64,000 nt of DNA from Moniliella sp. 'wahieum' (Eukaryota). Made by a program: the position numbers and the translations under genes. Location of the stretch: contig RSEE01000010.1 in assembly GCA_003971905.1 (NCBI GenBank), positions 744,001 through 808,000 of the forward strand. Reading direction: 5' to 3'. The notes under the pieces were generated by a model. The model worked only from the letters and a program-made list of their open reading frames with translations, ran no database searches and was not told where the DNA came from. Positions 26,240 to 37,680 of this stretch are shown here, in pieces. Positions within the stretch are counted from its first letter, which is position 1. Each line of letters opens with the position of its first letter.

Positions 26240-27254
26240 GGAGAAAGGAATAGAGCGGGGTCAGGGCGAAAATGGCGTGCGGCAGAACTGGCCCGGTTCG
26301 ATTGTTAGTCGTTCAATAGGAGGTTGTCGACTGCTTGGGCAGTCGTGGCGTAGGGAAGGGCACGTGGGTCGTTTTGGATGAGGAGCCGATAATGTGTCGA
26401 CTTCGTACAAGAGAGGATCGCCAGGCAACGCTCAATACCAGAGAGCGTGGCAGACGAGGGCGGGAGGGAGCTGGAAATAGAGCAGGCGTGTAGGAAGGCA
26501 GGTTGAGCCCAGCAGGTGCATGTCGTTTCGTCCGACCAGCTGAGATGAAGCGAAAGGCGTATACAGCAAACTTCAACGCCAACTCCCTACAACAGAGCAG
26601 AGCAAGCGAGCGAGTGCGGCCGCACACGTTCTTTGGGGGGGCGGGTCGTTTGGGTGAGGCCGAGGGCCGAGGGAGCACCAAACGAACAGTGGTGTGCCGT
26701 GGGTAATACTCGGGGGGGGGGTCTAGGAAGGACTCCCACTCCACGGGCCACTGCGCGGGAGAAGATGTGAATGCACCGGTAGATCCGAGGCGCCCGAAAG
26801 GAGTTCTGGGAGGAAAAGAACAAGCCAAACACCAAATACGACACAAGTAGGCTTTGGTGTGTGGTGACAGCTCGGCAGTAAGCGCAGACCGATGATAATC
26901 CACAAAACTGCACCAAGATGGGAGAGAAGAAGGATGCTGATGCGACTGAGGGCACAGTACCTAGGCACGGGTGGGGAGTAGTGCCGCAGAAACCAGCGGC
27001 CAGACAAATATCACAGCGGGCAAGGCACCACTGCGACCAATAACAGCGAGCGGTATGAGCCGGGGGATCGAGGAAGACGCGGGCACCTCAGACGAGTGCT
27101 GGACTGAGCGCTGGTGCCAGTAATAGGGCTGTGATAGCTGCGACGGGGGGGCACAGCAGACCCAGAGGAAAGAAGAACTCAAGGGGTGGTAGAAGAAAAA
27201 AGACGCTGTCATCGTTCGCAAAAAGGTTATGGCCGCGTGCGAGCATGGTGACAG

Positions 27255-29355
27255 AAGGCCGATTGAAGCTGCAAGCTTCACTTCAAGCTTCAAGGCGGGG
27301 CGAGACAACACTGGGCTCGGCCATGGAATGTGGAAGCCTCTCACCTCTCAGATCTCGCCGCGTACGGCGGGGGACTGTGCCTGTACGTCAGCCGAACCGT
27401 TTAAAGCTTAAAAGCATAAGTTCTACAGTCTCCTAATAAGGCGTAACGCGTAACAGGTAACCTGTAACAGGCAGGTAACCCCAAAAACCCACACGGCCTC
27501 AGACCTCAGGCTGAGGCTTCAAGCTTCGGAGGCTGAGGCGCCGAGGCCTCGCTGTTGTTCAATGTGTTCCCCAACGTGCAAGTGAAGCATAATGCATAAC
27601 GGTAGGCCGTATGGGCCCAAGCAGGCTCACCGGACCAAGCCATCTCTGGCCACCGGCCCACGCCCCGGCGTGGCTGACAAAGCTTGTGTTAACTTCCACT
27701 GCGCATGCTCCACGCTGGACAGATCTAGCTGCTATAATTAAGTTGCGGCCCGAACAGTGCCTGCATCCTACTGCCTCGGGCCCCCAGTGTCCTCGGCACA
27801 GCGCTCAGCCTCAGAGCTCAGCCTCAGTGCTCAGCCTCAGTGCTCAGCCTCCGCGCTTGCTGATTAACTAACTTCCGCCCACATGTGCTGGGCTCCTGCG
27901 GGTGAAGCTGCTGTGTGGGGGCAGGAAAGGCCAATAGTGCGAAGCGGCTATGACGCGTGAAACGAGATGTGTGACAGCATTGTTGGTGCTAGATGCGAGG
28001 TGGAACCTGGTGAAACATGGAAGGTGCCACAGGGCTTGTGGACCTCGTTTGGGACACCGAACCAGCCAGCGCCACTACAGTCCCACTCCTAAAACGCGTC
28101 TAGTAACTGCTAGTAGCGATGTTGTGGACCCAAGTGGGGCGGACGGGATGAGATTCTGAGATCTAAGAATGTATCGGCCGAACCGATTCAACATGTCCAG
28201 TCGATTGTCGATGGCGGATGGTCGGTGTTGGCTGGGCAACCACACTACGAGTCTCGTTCGTTCTCAGATCTGAGTACACCGAAGGTTGGTTGAACGTTCA
28301 GTTGAACCAAGAAGCTCTTGAGGCTTGAAGAGCTTGAAGCTTGAACGCTGGCGCTGAACACGTTGAACTCTTCAGTCTGAGTTCTCAGACTCTTACAGGC
28401 GTACTTCGTGCTTGTTAATCATGAGCATTACTCAGCACTTCAGCCGCAACTACCAACGCTTTGATGCCTATGGCGGCTGCAATGGGTGTGGGCGGGGGCG
28501 GGGGTGAGGAGGGCCAGGCGTGGGACAGTCATGGTGTATGGTGGCCGGTGCCGGTGGGTACTACATACAATGTTGCGACGGTCCGCACAAGCTTGGCAAT
28601 TTGCCCGCTCCACTGTCACCCATGTCACAACTCACCGTGGTGCATGATGCATGATGTGTCACATGTTCAACCTTAAAGCTTAGTCCCTAGTCCCTAGTCC
28701 CTGGCCACATGCAACGAACGTCACGCGTCACACGCGTCACATGTCACATGTCACACTGGGCAAGACATCACTGGCAGCACATCCCTCAGTGCCGCATGCC
28801 GCCCCCAACATTCAAATTCAACTGGCCCCCTGTTCTTGAGCTAAACCCAATTGTGTCGCAAACATGCCGTTTGAAATTGCAAAATACTGCTATGCTATAT
28901 GTTTGCATGCCATGGCATCGCTGGCTCGTCACGCACCACGCGCCACCTGAGGCTCCCAGGCGCCTCACTTGCTCATACTCGCTGAATCTCTCTGTTCATT
29001 AATCTTTGAACACGCTGAACGTAGGTTCTGATCCTGATCGCTCAGCCTGGTCGCTCAGCCTGAGGTCACCGGTCGGGCCTGAGCCTCAGCGGAGCCCCAC
29101 AAGATCCCAAAGCTCACCAGCGTCTCGCGTCACGCGTCATTCATCATCCATCATGTGCATCATGCACCATGCATCACATGTCACATGTCACAACGCCACA
29201 ACTGAAATTTGACAGTTCCACGTGGCAGGTGACACTAGTGACTAGTGACTAGTGACATGCAAGTGACATGTGGCATGTCACATGTCACATGTCATTATGT
29301 GTACCGTGTGAACAGCAGACCAGACGATAAGAGGGGTAACCGGTAACCGGTAAGG
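27255..29355. repeat. Dense cluster of short quasi-palindromic heptamer arrays
   Basis: TAACGCG-TAACAGG-TAACCTG-TAACAGG (27444), 13-bp CTCAGCCTCAGTG repeats (27803), TGAACGTTCA (28291), (TAGTCCC)x3 (28681), (TGACTAG)x2 and (TCACATG)x2 (29239-29294), (TAACCGG)x2 (29337). Confidence 0.85.
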
Positions 29356-32300
29356 AAGTATTGAGTGGAGCGAAGAGGATGGGGGGCGGGGGTTCACGAC
29401 ACAGGACACAGAGAGGAGACAGGAGACGGGAGGCCACGAGCACACGCGGGCTGCCCGCTGCGCCCTATAATAGTCGGGACTAAACGAGTGAGACCAAGGT
29501 CCTCTTCAGAGGCGGGGGGAAAGGCAAGATCGTCGTAGGAGGAAACAGAAGGCATCTCAGGCAGAGAACAAAAGCAAAAGGAAAGGGAAAGAGCGAGAGA
29601 CACAGGATGCAGAATTGGAAATTGGAGCGAGCTTAGTCATTCGGTGACACGCCCCTGGGGCGCACTACGTCAGCCTGCCAGGCAAGCTATCTATCTACGC
29701 CACAACACCTTATTGCAGCTGATCCATATAGGACCCAGTGCTCCCAAGTTGCACTCTAGCAGCCCCTAGTCCCTCACCAGTCACAGCGCCAAGGTTTTAG
29801 AATGTTGTGGTGCACGGCCTGGGTCCCAAAGCCGTCGGAAACTTGACGTGTGAACATGTGAACGTATGTGAATGTGGTGAATTACAACAATCGGGCTAGG
29901 AATTTAGATGTGAGGATGAGATATAGTGGGAGGAATTTCAAGAGGTCTACACTGCAGGCATATCATGTACAGAGCTGAGCTGAAGCTTCAGCTGAGTCTA
30001 TTGGCCAAAGAAACGCCTACCAGAATCCCCCATCCTGCGTATGCTGCTAACCCGTGTCAACCCAATCACCGCCACAACGAAGAAAAATAAGTAACGGCAA
30101 AAAACAACCACAATTCTCGAAAATGCTTGAAAACCAAGCATTTGAACCGCATCATACCATAGTTGAAAGAGCTCAAGGAGGGGCCAAAGAAACGCTGCGT
30201 GTAACCCAACCTGCTCATCCGGCGTGTGTTGCTTGTTGGTGTCAAAACCGTTTAGGAAGCCAGATGAACAGCCAGCAGATCAGGACCCTCTGAGCTCGTG
30301 TGGATAAGAGTTTGAGTTGTGGTATTATGGACATCCGAGCGATAAACCATCTCCGTTAATTCTTTCCAGTGACCACACATATCGTTCGCCGTCTTGGGGC
30401 ATAGTATCCTCGCGTCTCATCATAATGCATAACCAAAGATGGTATTCTCTGATGGCATAGAGTATTCACTTATTTTTTTCTCCCCTTTCTCTCAGCTCTC
30501 CTTTTTCTCTTTGCGCTCCTCAACTGATTCAGTATCCCGTCTCACCTTTTCGGGTCATGCATCATTAACACCATTGATGACTCGCTCACACACATACGCA
30601 CCTTTATACACTGCCCTCATTAAGCCTCATTGGCCTGCTCATATACTATCCTGTATCACACTTCTATATAGCCACCCCTCCCGCGAAGAGGCTCTTCAAT
30701 GTTTAGTATTGAAGTACTTAAATTACAAGCTTTGCGAAGCTTTAAGCTTGAAAGCGGGCCAACCCCTGTGTGGTGACTGTGGTAACATGGTAACATGGAC
30801 AATAGTTAATAGACCGTCACCGTCACCAGCGTCACCCCCTCAGGCCTCATTCTCGAGCCGCGATAGGGTCTGAGATCTGTGAGTCTAAAAAGTACTGAGA
30901 GAACTGTTGCCACGTGGTTGAATAATGAGACTGAAGAAGAAGAGTATACTGTGAGCGCGTACGATATATGACTGAGTGCTGCTGAGTTCAGCGCTCAGCA
31001 TTCAATATTCACGGTATATCGCGATCATCTCGATCAATATGATCAAGCGATTATCAAACACAGCATGTATATTGCCTTTATACACACCACTGCACTTCTT
31101 CTATTGCTGATGCATCAGTACGTGGTGGCAATATTAGTGATGCTGGAAAACAAGATGTCCCGACGGTGTGATTAGACCCCCTGACCGACTTGAGGCCGAG
31201 GCCATCCTGACCCAGGTGCCTGACCCTTCTAGCTATCGATTCCAGCCCTGGTATGTCCGAGGTATTGCCAGATAGCGAGCACTATCGATTGCTCGCCCCG
31301 AGTGATTGGCCGGCGATCACAATGTGCAGAAAGAGGGAGAGAGTCTGAAAGCATCTCTATTAAGACACTACGCTCCGGCTCCCGCCTCAGTGGAGGGGAG
31401 AGTCGAACCCTAATAAAGGAACGCTGCTGCTTGTGCTGCCAGAGCTTGAGTTCTGCTACGCCACCTCATTGACCATTTCCGAACATTAATATATGTTCAA
31501 CAATAAGCGAGAGAGGGCCGCACAAGGGAAGAGTCGGACGGTGATCGACACCGGCCTGTGCATGCAACCGTTGTCCGTAGCGCTAAAATCTGCCTTGCTA
31601 CCAGATGCTGTCGGAGCTCGCGATGCAAGAGAAGAAAAGTCAACGCTTGAAGATGCGTAGAAGCCCCATCCTCACCCAGCATCACCTGTGCGGAAATGAT
31701 CTACCGAGACTCATAACCAAGGGCATTATCCGCCGAGCGTTCGAAACCCAATATGATATGTGTATTGTCCCTTGGGGGGTTGCTAATATAATGGGTTGTG
31801 GAGCCCATCGTGCTGATGGTCGAGTTTATATAGCATCGGTATCCAGAGAGGACAACCCAAAGCTGGCCAAACTGGGAAAATTAACTACATATAGATTTCA
31901 CCAACGCTTTCAACACCGTGCGCCATCGCACTCTCTCGCCAATTGAATGCACTCCACCGCTCTACATGGCCCAGACCTTTTCTTCATCGGGCCAATGTAT
32001 CTATGGTACCTCTACCCAGCTTGTTGCTTCAGATAGAAACCCCAAAGGTGTCATCATGTGTGCGCGAATGTGTTGAACTGGAGGGAGGGGGGGATCCAGA
32101 GGGGTTCGTTGTCTTTGGGTACTTTAATTTGTGAGGACATAATGTATGTCGCCTCTGTCGTCACTTCAGGAGAAGGTGACAGAGAACTGTGAGGCAGGAC
32201 ATGCCTAAATGATGGAATTGCTCTCCAGAAACACCTCAGTTATTATGGCAATACTGTCCTCATCAACTTTTTGTCACCTAATTCCCTCACCATGCAGTGA

Positions 32301-33706
32301 GGGGGCGAGATGGACGATGTGGTGGTCACAATGTTGACGCTTTCCCCTTTTTGAAGTTTCGACGGATTTGAGGGGGGACGAGAACCCCAAGGGACATAGT
32401 AGGAGAGACTATCACTTTTACATGCTCATGATCCTGCCCCTTGGGATGGGAGGATGTGTGGCTGTCTACTCTCCACTAGCACATTGAGCCCCTCTGCTGA
32501 GCATGCTGCGGGACATATGTGGTGTTTCGACTGTTGGAGCAAACAAAATCGGAAAGAACTTCAGAAGTACCAGAGGGACCCACTCAAGTGCCATTTTCGT
32601 TCTTCTCCTTGGTAAAGACGACGCGTGGGATCTACAACACTCAGACAGTCAACAAGATGTTTCGCCACTGTGCACATGTGTGTGGTTCATCCTTCACACA
32701 TGATGTCTCCTACGCTCATTCGTGTGCAACACTCGCGCTACAATTGTGGTTTGGAAGCGAATGTCGGGTGGTAAAGAGTGTCGGGCGACTCCACTGGTCT
32801 TTGGATTGTATGGGCTGGTGCAACTTTACCACCCTCCATTGACCACAGCTTCTGATGACCAGATGTTGGTCTTGCAGTTTCCTCTTCTGGGGCGAGGGTA
32901 TTCACTGCCTTCTCTCGAAGTGCCGTTTCCTTCGGCGATGGGGGTCTCGATTGCCGTGCAACATTTTACAGTACCCAGCCAGTTTCCTTGCTGCAGATTC
33001 TGCTGTACGCCACCGTGTTGAGTTGTTCCCGTGACAGAGGACTCGTCCCACTATATAATACCGTTTGATGCCGTATATATATAAACTGTGCCTGCGTCTT
33101 CACCCGCCTCATCCTTCTGACGAGGACACTCTCCGCGGTATGCGTGATGCTAACAATCGCATCTTTATAGGATGCCCCTTGGCTGGGCTTCTTGAACAGC
33201 CTGGGCCACTCTGGGCCACTCGTTGGGGTTTATTGGCCTCAGAGGTGTTCGATGTCAATGAGGTCGATGAGGTCGTGAGGCTGAGGGACGCAATGCGTGA
33301 TACATGGAACGTGACGTGTGACGCCGGCAGTGGTGCCGGCAGTGGGGTCGTGTGGCAAAGGGGCAACACTTGGCTGGCGCAGTGCGGCGTACAGGCCCCA
33401 CGCGCTGTTGGCGCCGCGTGCCACGCGTTTACCACGTTTAATTACCTTGTTGCCGAAGCTGAACTCCTGTCTTTGGGCTTCGCTCGTATTTATGTGGCCT
33501 GCCTCAGTGCTCGCCGCCCCCGCCCTCAGCCCCCAGCTCCCAGCCCCGCCTTCTTCCGCCTGTCTGGCGCACCTGTCCTTTGCTGCTTGCTACACATTCA
33601 TCGACCGCCACCACCGCCTCGCTTTGTCTACTGTCTCCCGTCTACACACACACCGAGCGCAACATCTCTCTCTCCCCATCGTTGGCTTTCGCCTCAACAA
33701 CAGACA

Positions 33707-34454
33707 ATGCCTTCCATGCTCACCCCTCCACCATGGGGTACCAGAACCCCTATCTGTCGCGACACTCCCCGCCCGTCTCTCGCCCAAGTCATTGGGCTAC
33801 CCCATGCACCTGTTGACGAAGACGGTAACAACACTTCCTCCCTACTAGCTTCCCCTTTGCGCCTCGTTGGCCCCTCCTCGCGCCGAGACAATGCTGCCTT
33901 ATCACCAACTGCATCTCCTTGCCCTTCTCCACGTCCAAGTTCGAGTGCTGCATCCTCAACGCTAGCTGCCTCTTGGGGTTCGATACTTCGTCTTTCTCAG
34001 GTACACCCACCTCCCTGACTGACAACACCATGTTGAAGGGAACCTCCCTACCGTCGCTTGCGTCATTTCCTTCTCCGGAACCAATCCCTGGTTGCACCGC
34101 ACCTTCGACCTGTTCACATGGGAGGATGAACTTGAACAGCTGATTTTCCAGTTTGAGGCGCAATTTATGCCCCATCAAGGCATCTATCTTCCGCGCTACT
34201 ATCCCACGCGACCGCCCCCCCCTGGCTTTCCGTCGGACTACCATCCCAAAAGTCGTCTGGTCCAACACTATACTGTGGGACCACCTCCACTATCTTCCCC
34301 TCCCGATGAACCCTTACCCAGGCTACATTACGTTCAGGAGCAGATGGGTCCTCCATCATGCTCCCCTGGTGAAGACGACTTCATTCTCCACTGGCGGCTT
34401 CAAGTCCATCATGCCCATCTTGTTGATCCGCCCCAACGGCCATACTGGGCTTGA
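33707..34454 (+). CDS. Orphan Pro/Ser-rich hypothetical protein, frameshifted; end 34454 or 34581
   Basis: TATATATAAA near 33074, CT-rich leader, ATG at 33707, protein-like stretch FDLFTWEDELEQLIFQFEAQF; no recognisable domain. Confidence 0.35.
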
Positions 34455-35158
34455 CTACCTTCTACACCCCATGCTGCACTCTCTATCATCATTTTGTCTT
34501 GAGCTTCCATATAGCATACTCCATCACCTCTTTAGATTTTCTATGGGGATGGCTATCCCGCAACGTGTGGTATCGACTTGAGTTTTCCACACAACTTCTT
34601 ATAAACAGACTACTTGTTTGACTCCTGATGTATTTTCTAGTCTTATTTTCGTAATGGTGTTTAAACTCTGATCGACCCCCCCGCCCGACCTTTGGCGTAT
34701 CCGCTATACACATGCACATGGACCAAAACGTCCAAAATGGCACGAATCAATATGCAGACAAAAGCGAGTGGTGCCAGATTATACACAACAGGAACAATGA
34801 CCCTTGGAGATGAAGTGACTGTGGCTTTGCACACGCAGAGAATAAAAACACCCCCATACTACTGTTACCCATAAAGAGCCTGGGGGGCTCTTTCCCATCA
34901 TATCCCATCATATGCCTGGTAACGCAACTGTGACGGCGTCAAAGAAGAAGGGATACGATTCCATGCAATCCACATCGAAAGATTTCCCAAAGACGTAACC
35001 GCCATATATGGACAGAGGTAAATACGCTGAGAGTATGTTTTGGAAAGTGTTTTTGGAATTTCTTCGTTCGTTAAGGTATTCTGCACTATCACTATGTCTC
35101 GGGGGGGGCAGTCGGGCTATTAGTAGGGCTTTTGCACGAAGGGTGTATAGGCCGTCGC

Positions 35159-35401
35159 GGTACAATCCCTTTTTCAGGTACGAATATTAATGGTCGAGAT
35201 TCACGGTAGTTCGTGCTTAGACTTGTTGATGGATCCTAGCGGGGATTGGGACAAGAAAATAAGGCCTGTCGGCGCATAGCGGAAGCGGCTACTTTTGAGT
35301 GTGTGATGAGGCTGCGTAGGCACCGGTCTGGGGCAGTATAGTAGTCTGAAGCCGTTCGTACTCGGGGACCGGGGAAAGAGGCAGCGCGGGGGATTAACAC
35401 T
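35159..35401 (+). ncRNA. Unidentified structured RNA-like element, copy 2
   Basis: Shares GGTACAATCCCTT, TCACGGTAGTT, GGGACAAG, AGGCTGCGT, GTCTGAAGCC, AACACT in order with 22998-23208. Confidence 0.5.
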
Positions 35402-37612
35402 CTGTTCCCCATAGTTGTGATGGACAGAAGCGGGAACCGGAAAGCTTCCCAGATGGGATCCTAGAAAAGCCAGAAAACCCAGTGAAGCGCAATCTCAAGC
35501 TGCATGGCAAGAAAACTGAGATGCAAGACGAACAAGCGTAAGGGACGTGATGAGGAGGTAACGTTGAGGAGAATTTGCCAGTATACCTTATGGATAGACA
35601 AAGATGGAGACGCCAATACATTGGAGAAGACAGGAGATGAAGACGCCGATGTTGGGTCGCGGGGGAAAACACACAAAAACATTGCTTACATACAGGGATT
35701 AAAAGAGATGAGGGAAACAACGCGTAGTAATAGACTCGGAGGACAGGGGGGTAGACCAAGAAACTGGGGAGCAGTCTTCACAACGGAGACCGTTCCCGGG
35801 TGGGGAACAAAAAGGAAACAAGAAGGGGTTTGCACGGCTCTCTGCTGAGGACGAAACATGGGTAACAAAACATCAGAATAAGAACAGAACATATAACAAG
35901 CAGATAGGTGGGGGGTGGGGCTGCCGCCGCAAAAGGAAGAATACGTGGATTAATATGGCCGCTCGGGCCACCACCAGACAAGGGGCGACCGCTTTACGAA
36001 AAAGGCATTTGGTTGACCTTAGGAGGAGCGAGCTGTGTTATAAGACTGGACAAAGCATCACAGGCTTTAGATCTTTTGCATCGGATTGAGTCCCCGCGTA
36101 AGCCCGTAACACTCTCTGCCCTCGCGTTTCCCTCTCTCTCCCCTGCGCAAAACACACAGCCATACATACACCACTATAGCCTTTCAGGTACTATGGTGAA
36201 ATGACCTCTTTCGGCGACGCGGCGCGCAAAGTCTCAGTACATTTATATATGCATTTTTCTAGGCGACGTATTTGAAGCGACTGATATGGTGTACTGATGG
36301 AAGTGTCGGTGGGGCCCCAGCTGGAACTGGTCGGATCGGCCAGAGTATGGGAAGATGGCTCATGTACTCATGGGGCGGGGTTAAAGGAACACCCATAAAA
36401 CCCAGTGTCCACCGCGGTCACAACTTGAGCTTGACCGTTCACCGTGTTCTTCAACGTACATTAATGTTGACATCAATATAATTGTGGCAGCATGTGGCAA
36501 GCGACACGTAGTGGCGAAGCGTGTCGCGCTCACTGAGCGCTGAATCCCCGCAGTCCTGGATGTCACATGTCATCGCTGAGGCGCTCAGGCTGAGCTCGCT
36601 GAGCCTTGAGCTTGAGCTGAGCCTCATTCTCAGGTCAAGCGGCCAGGTGAGCGAGGTGAGCGAGGTGAGCGGTGCTGGTGAGCGCTCAGACTGAGCGCTG
36701 AGCCGCTGAGCGGCGATGGTGGGCGCGTCATCGATCATCGATCATCTGTGACGCTTTCCTGCCCCGCCGGCAGTCGCACGGCAAGGAGGCACGAGCGAGC
36801 AAGCGGCCTGGTTACATACTGCCGCGCGGACGAAACATGACTCAGCCGCGGCCGCCACAGCCGCAAAAGATCTCGCTTTCGCCCATGATTAAATGATTCT
36901 GATGAATGATTAATGACCGGTGACCGGTGACCGGCCTGACCCCTCCCCACAGCCATCTCTGGGTAATGATGTCACTAGGGACAAGATCAAGCCTCAACCA
37001 ACCAGCTTCAACGCCTCAACGATGATCAACAACCCCAACACCGAGAGGAGAGAGGATATCTGGGGCGCGGTTACAGTGCGCCGCGGTTACAGTGCGCAGT
37101 AGCTTCTCTCGCTCTCAGAAAGAACTGCTACATCCTGCCGGTGGGACCGCCGTACGGATAATGCCGATGGTGATGACGGTGAAGGGTGCTGTCCTCAAGC
37201 TACAAGGCCCTTGCCCTCCTCTCTCTCCGGCCTGACTAATGTCTTCACTATAGCCACTGTCTTGAAGAGCGCTGCGCATGCACCTCCCCACCCTCATCGA
37301 TCATCCTCCTTGATCGCGCGTCTGTGCTAACGCTAAACGCGCTGAGCGCCTGGGCGCAGACCCCGCCCCAAGCACCACTTTATTTGTGGCGGCAGGGACG
37401 CCCTGTGGTGGAGTGCCACCTCGCGCTCATTGCTGGCCATCAGGGAATGCCAACTCGCTTCTGTGTGGACCACATCGCACTAGGCTGTCGCCCTCTGTTG
37501 GACGAATGTCGAAGTGCACAGTGCCCTCGTGCACGCTCGTGCTGTCCAAAGGGTTAGACATCCACCGACCGCGCTCGTTCCTGTTCCTCCATGTAAGGCA
37601 CCCAAGGTGGCA

Positions 37613-37619
37613 TATATAA
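37613..37619 (+). promoter_or_regulatory. TATA box of MFS transporter gene
   Basis: TATATAA about 65 nt upstream of ATG 37681. Confidence 0.5.
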
Positions 37620-37680
37620 CCCCAAGCCCCAGAGGACGATCGCTCGTGTTTGCATCCCCCGTACCCAACCACCTGCCACC

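Noticed and set aside
27255..29355. Cloning-vector polylinker contamination (many HindIII, SpeI, AgeI, MluI, ClaI-type hexamers)
   Set aside because: Sites are tandemly repeated, degenerate and spread through most intergenic regions, with no vector backbone
35159..35401. U3 or box C/D snoRNA identity for the duplicated element
   Set aside because: GTGATGA is present only in copy 2, U3 box A is missing, and the shared CTGA sits inside a predicted helix
35845..35857. Hammerhead ribozyme core (CTGAGGACGAAAC)
   Set aside because: No stem II or complete CUGANGA..GAAA geometry
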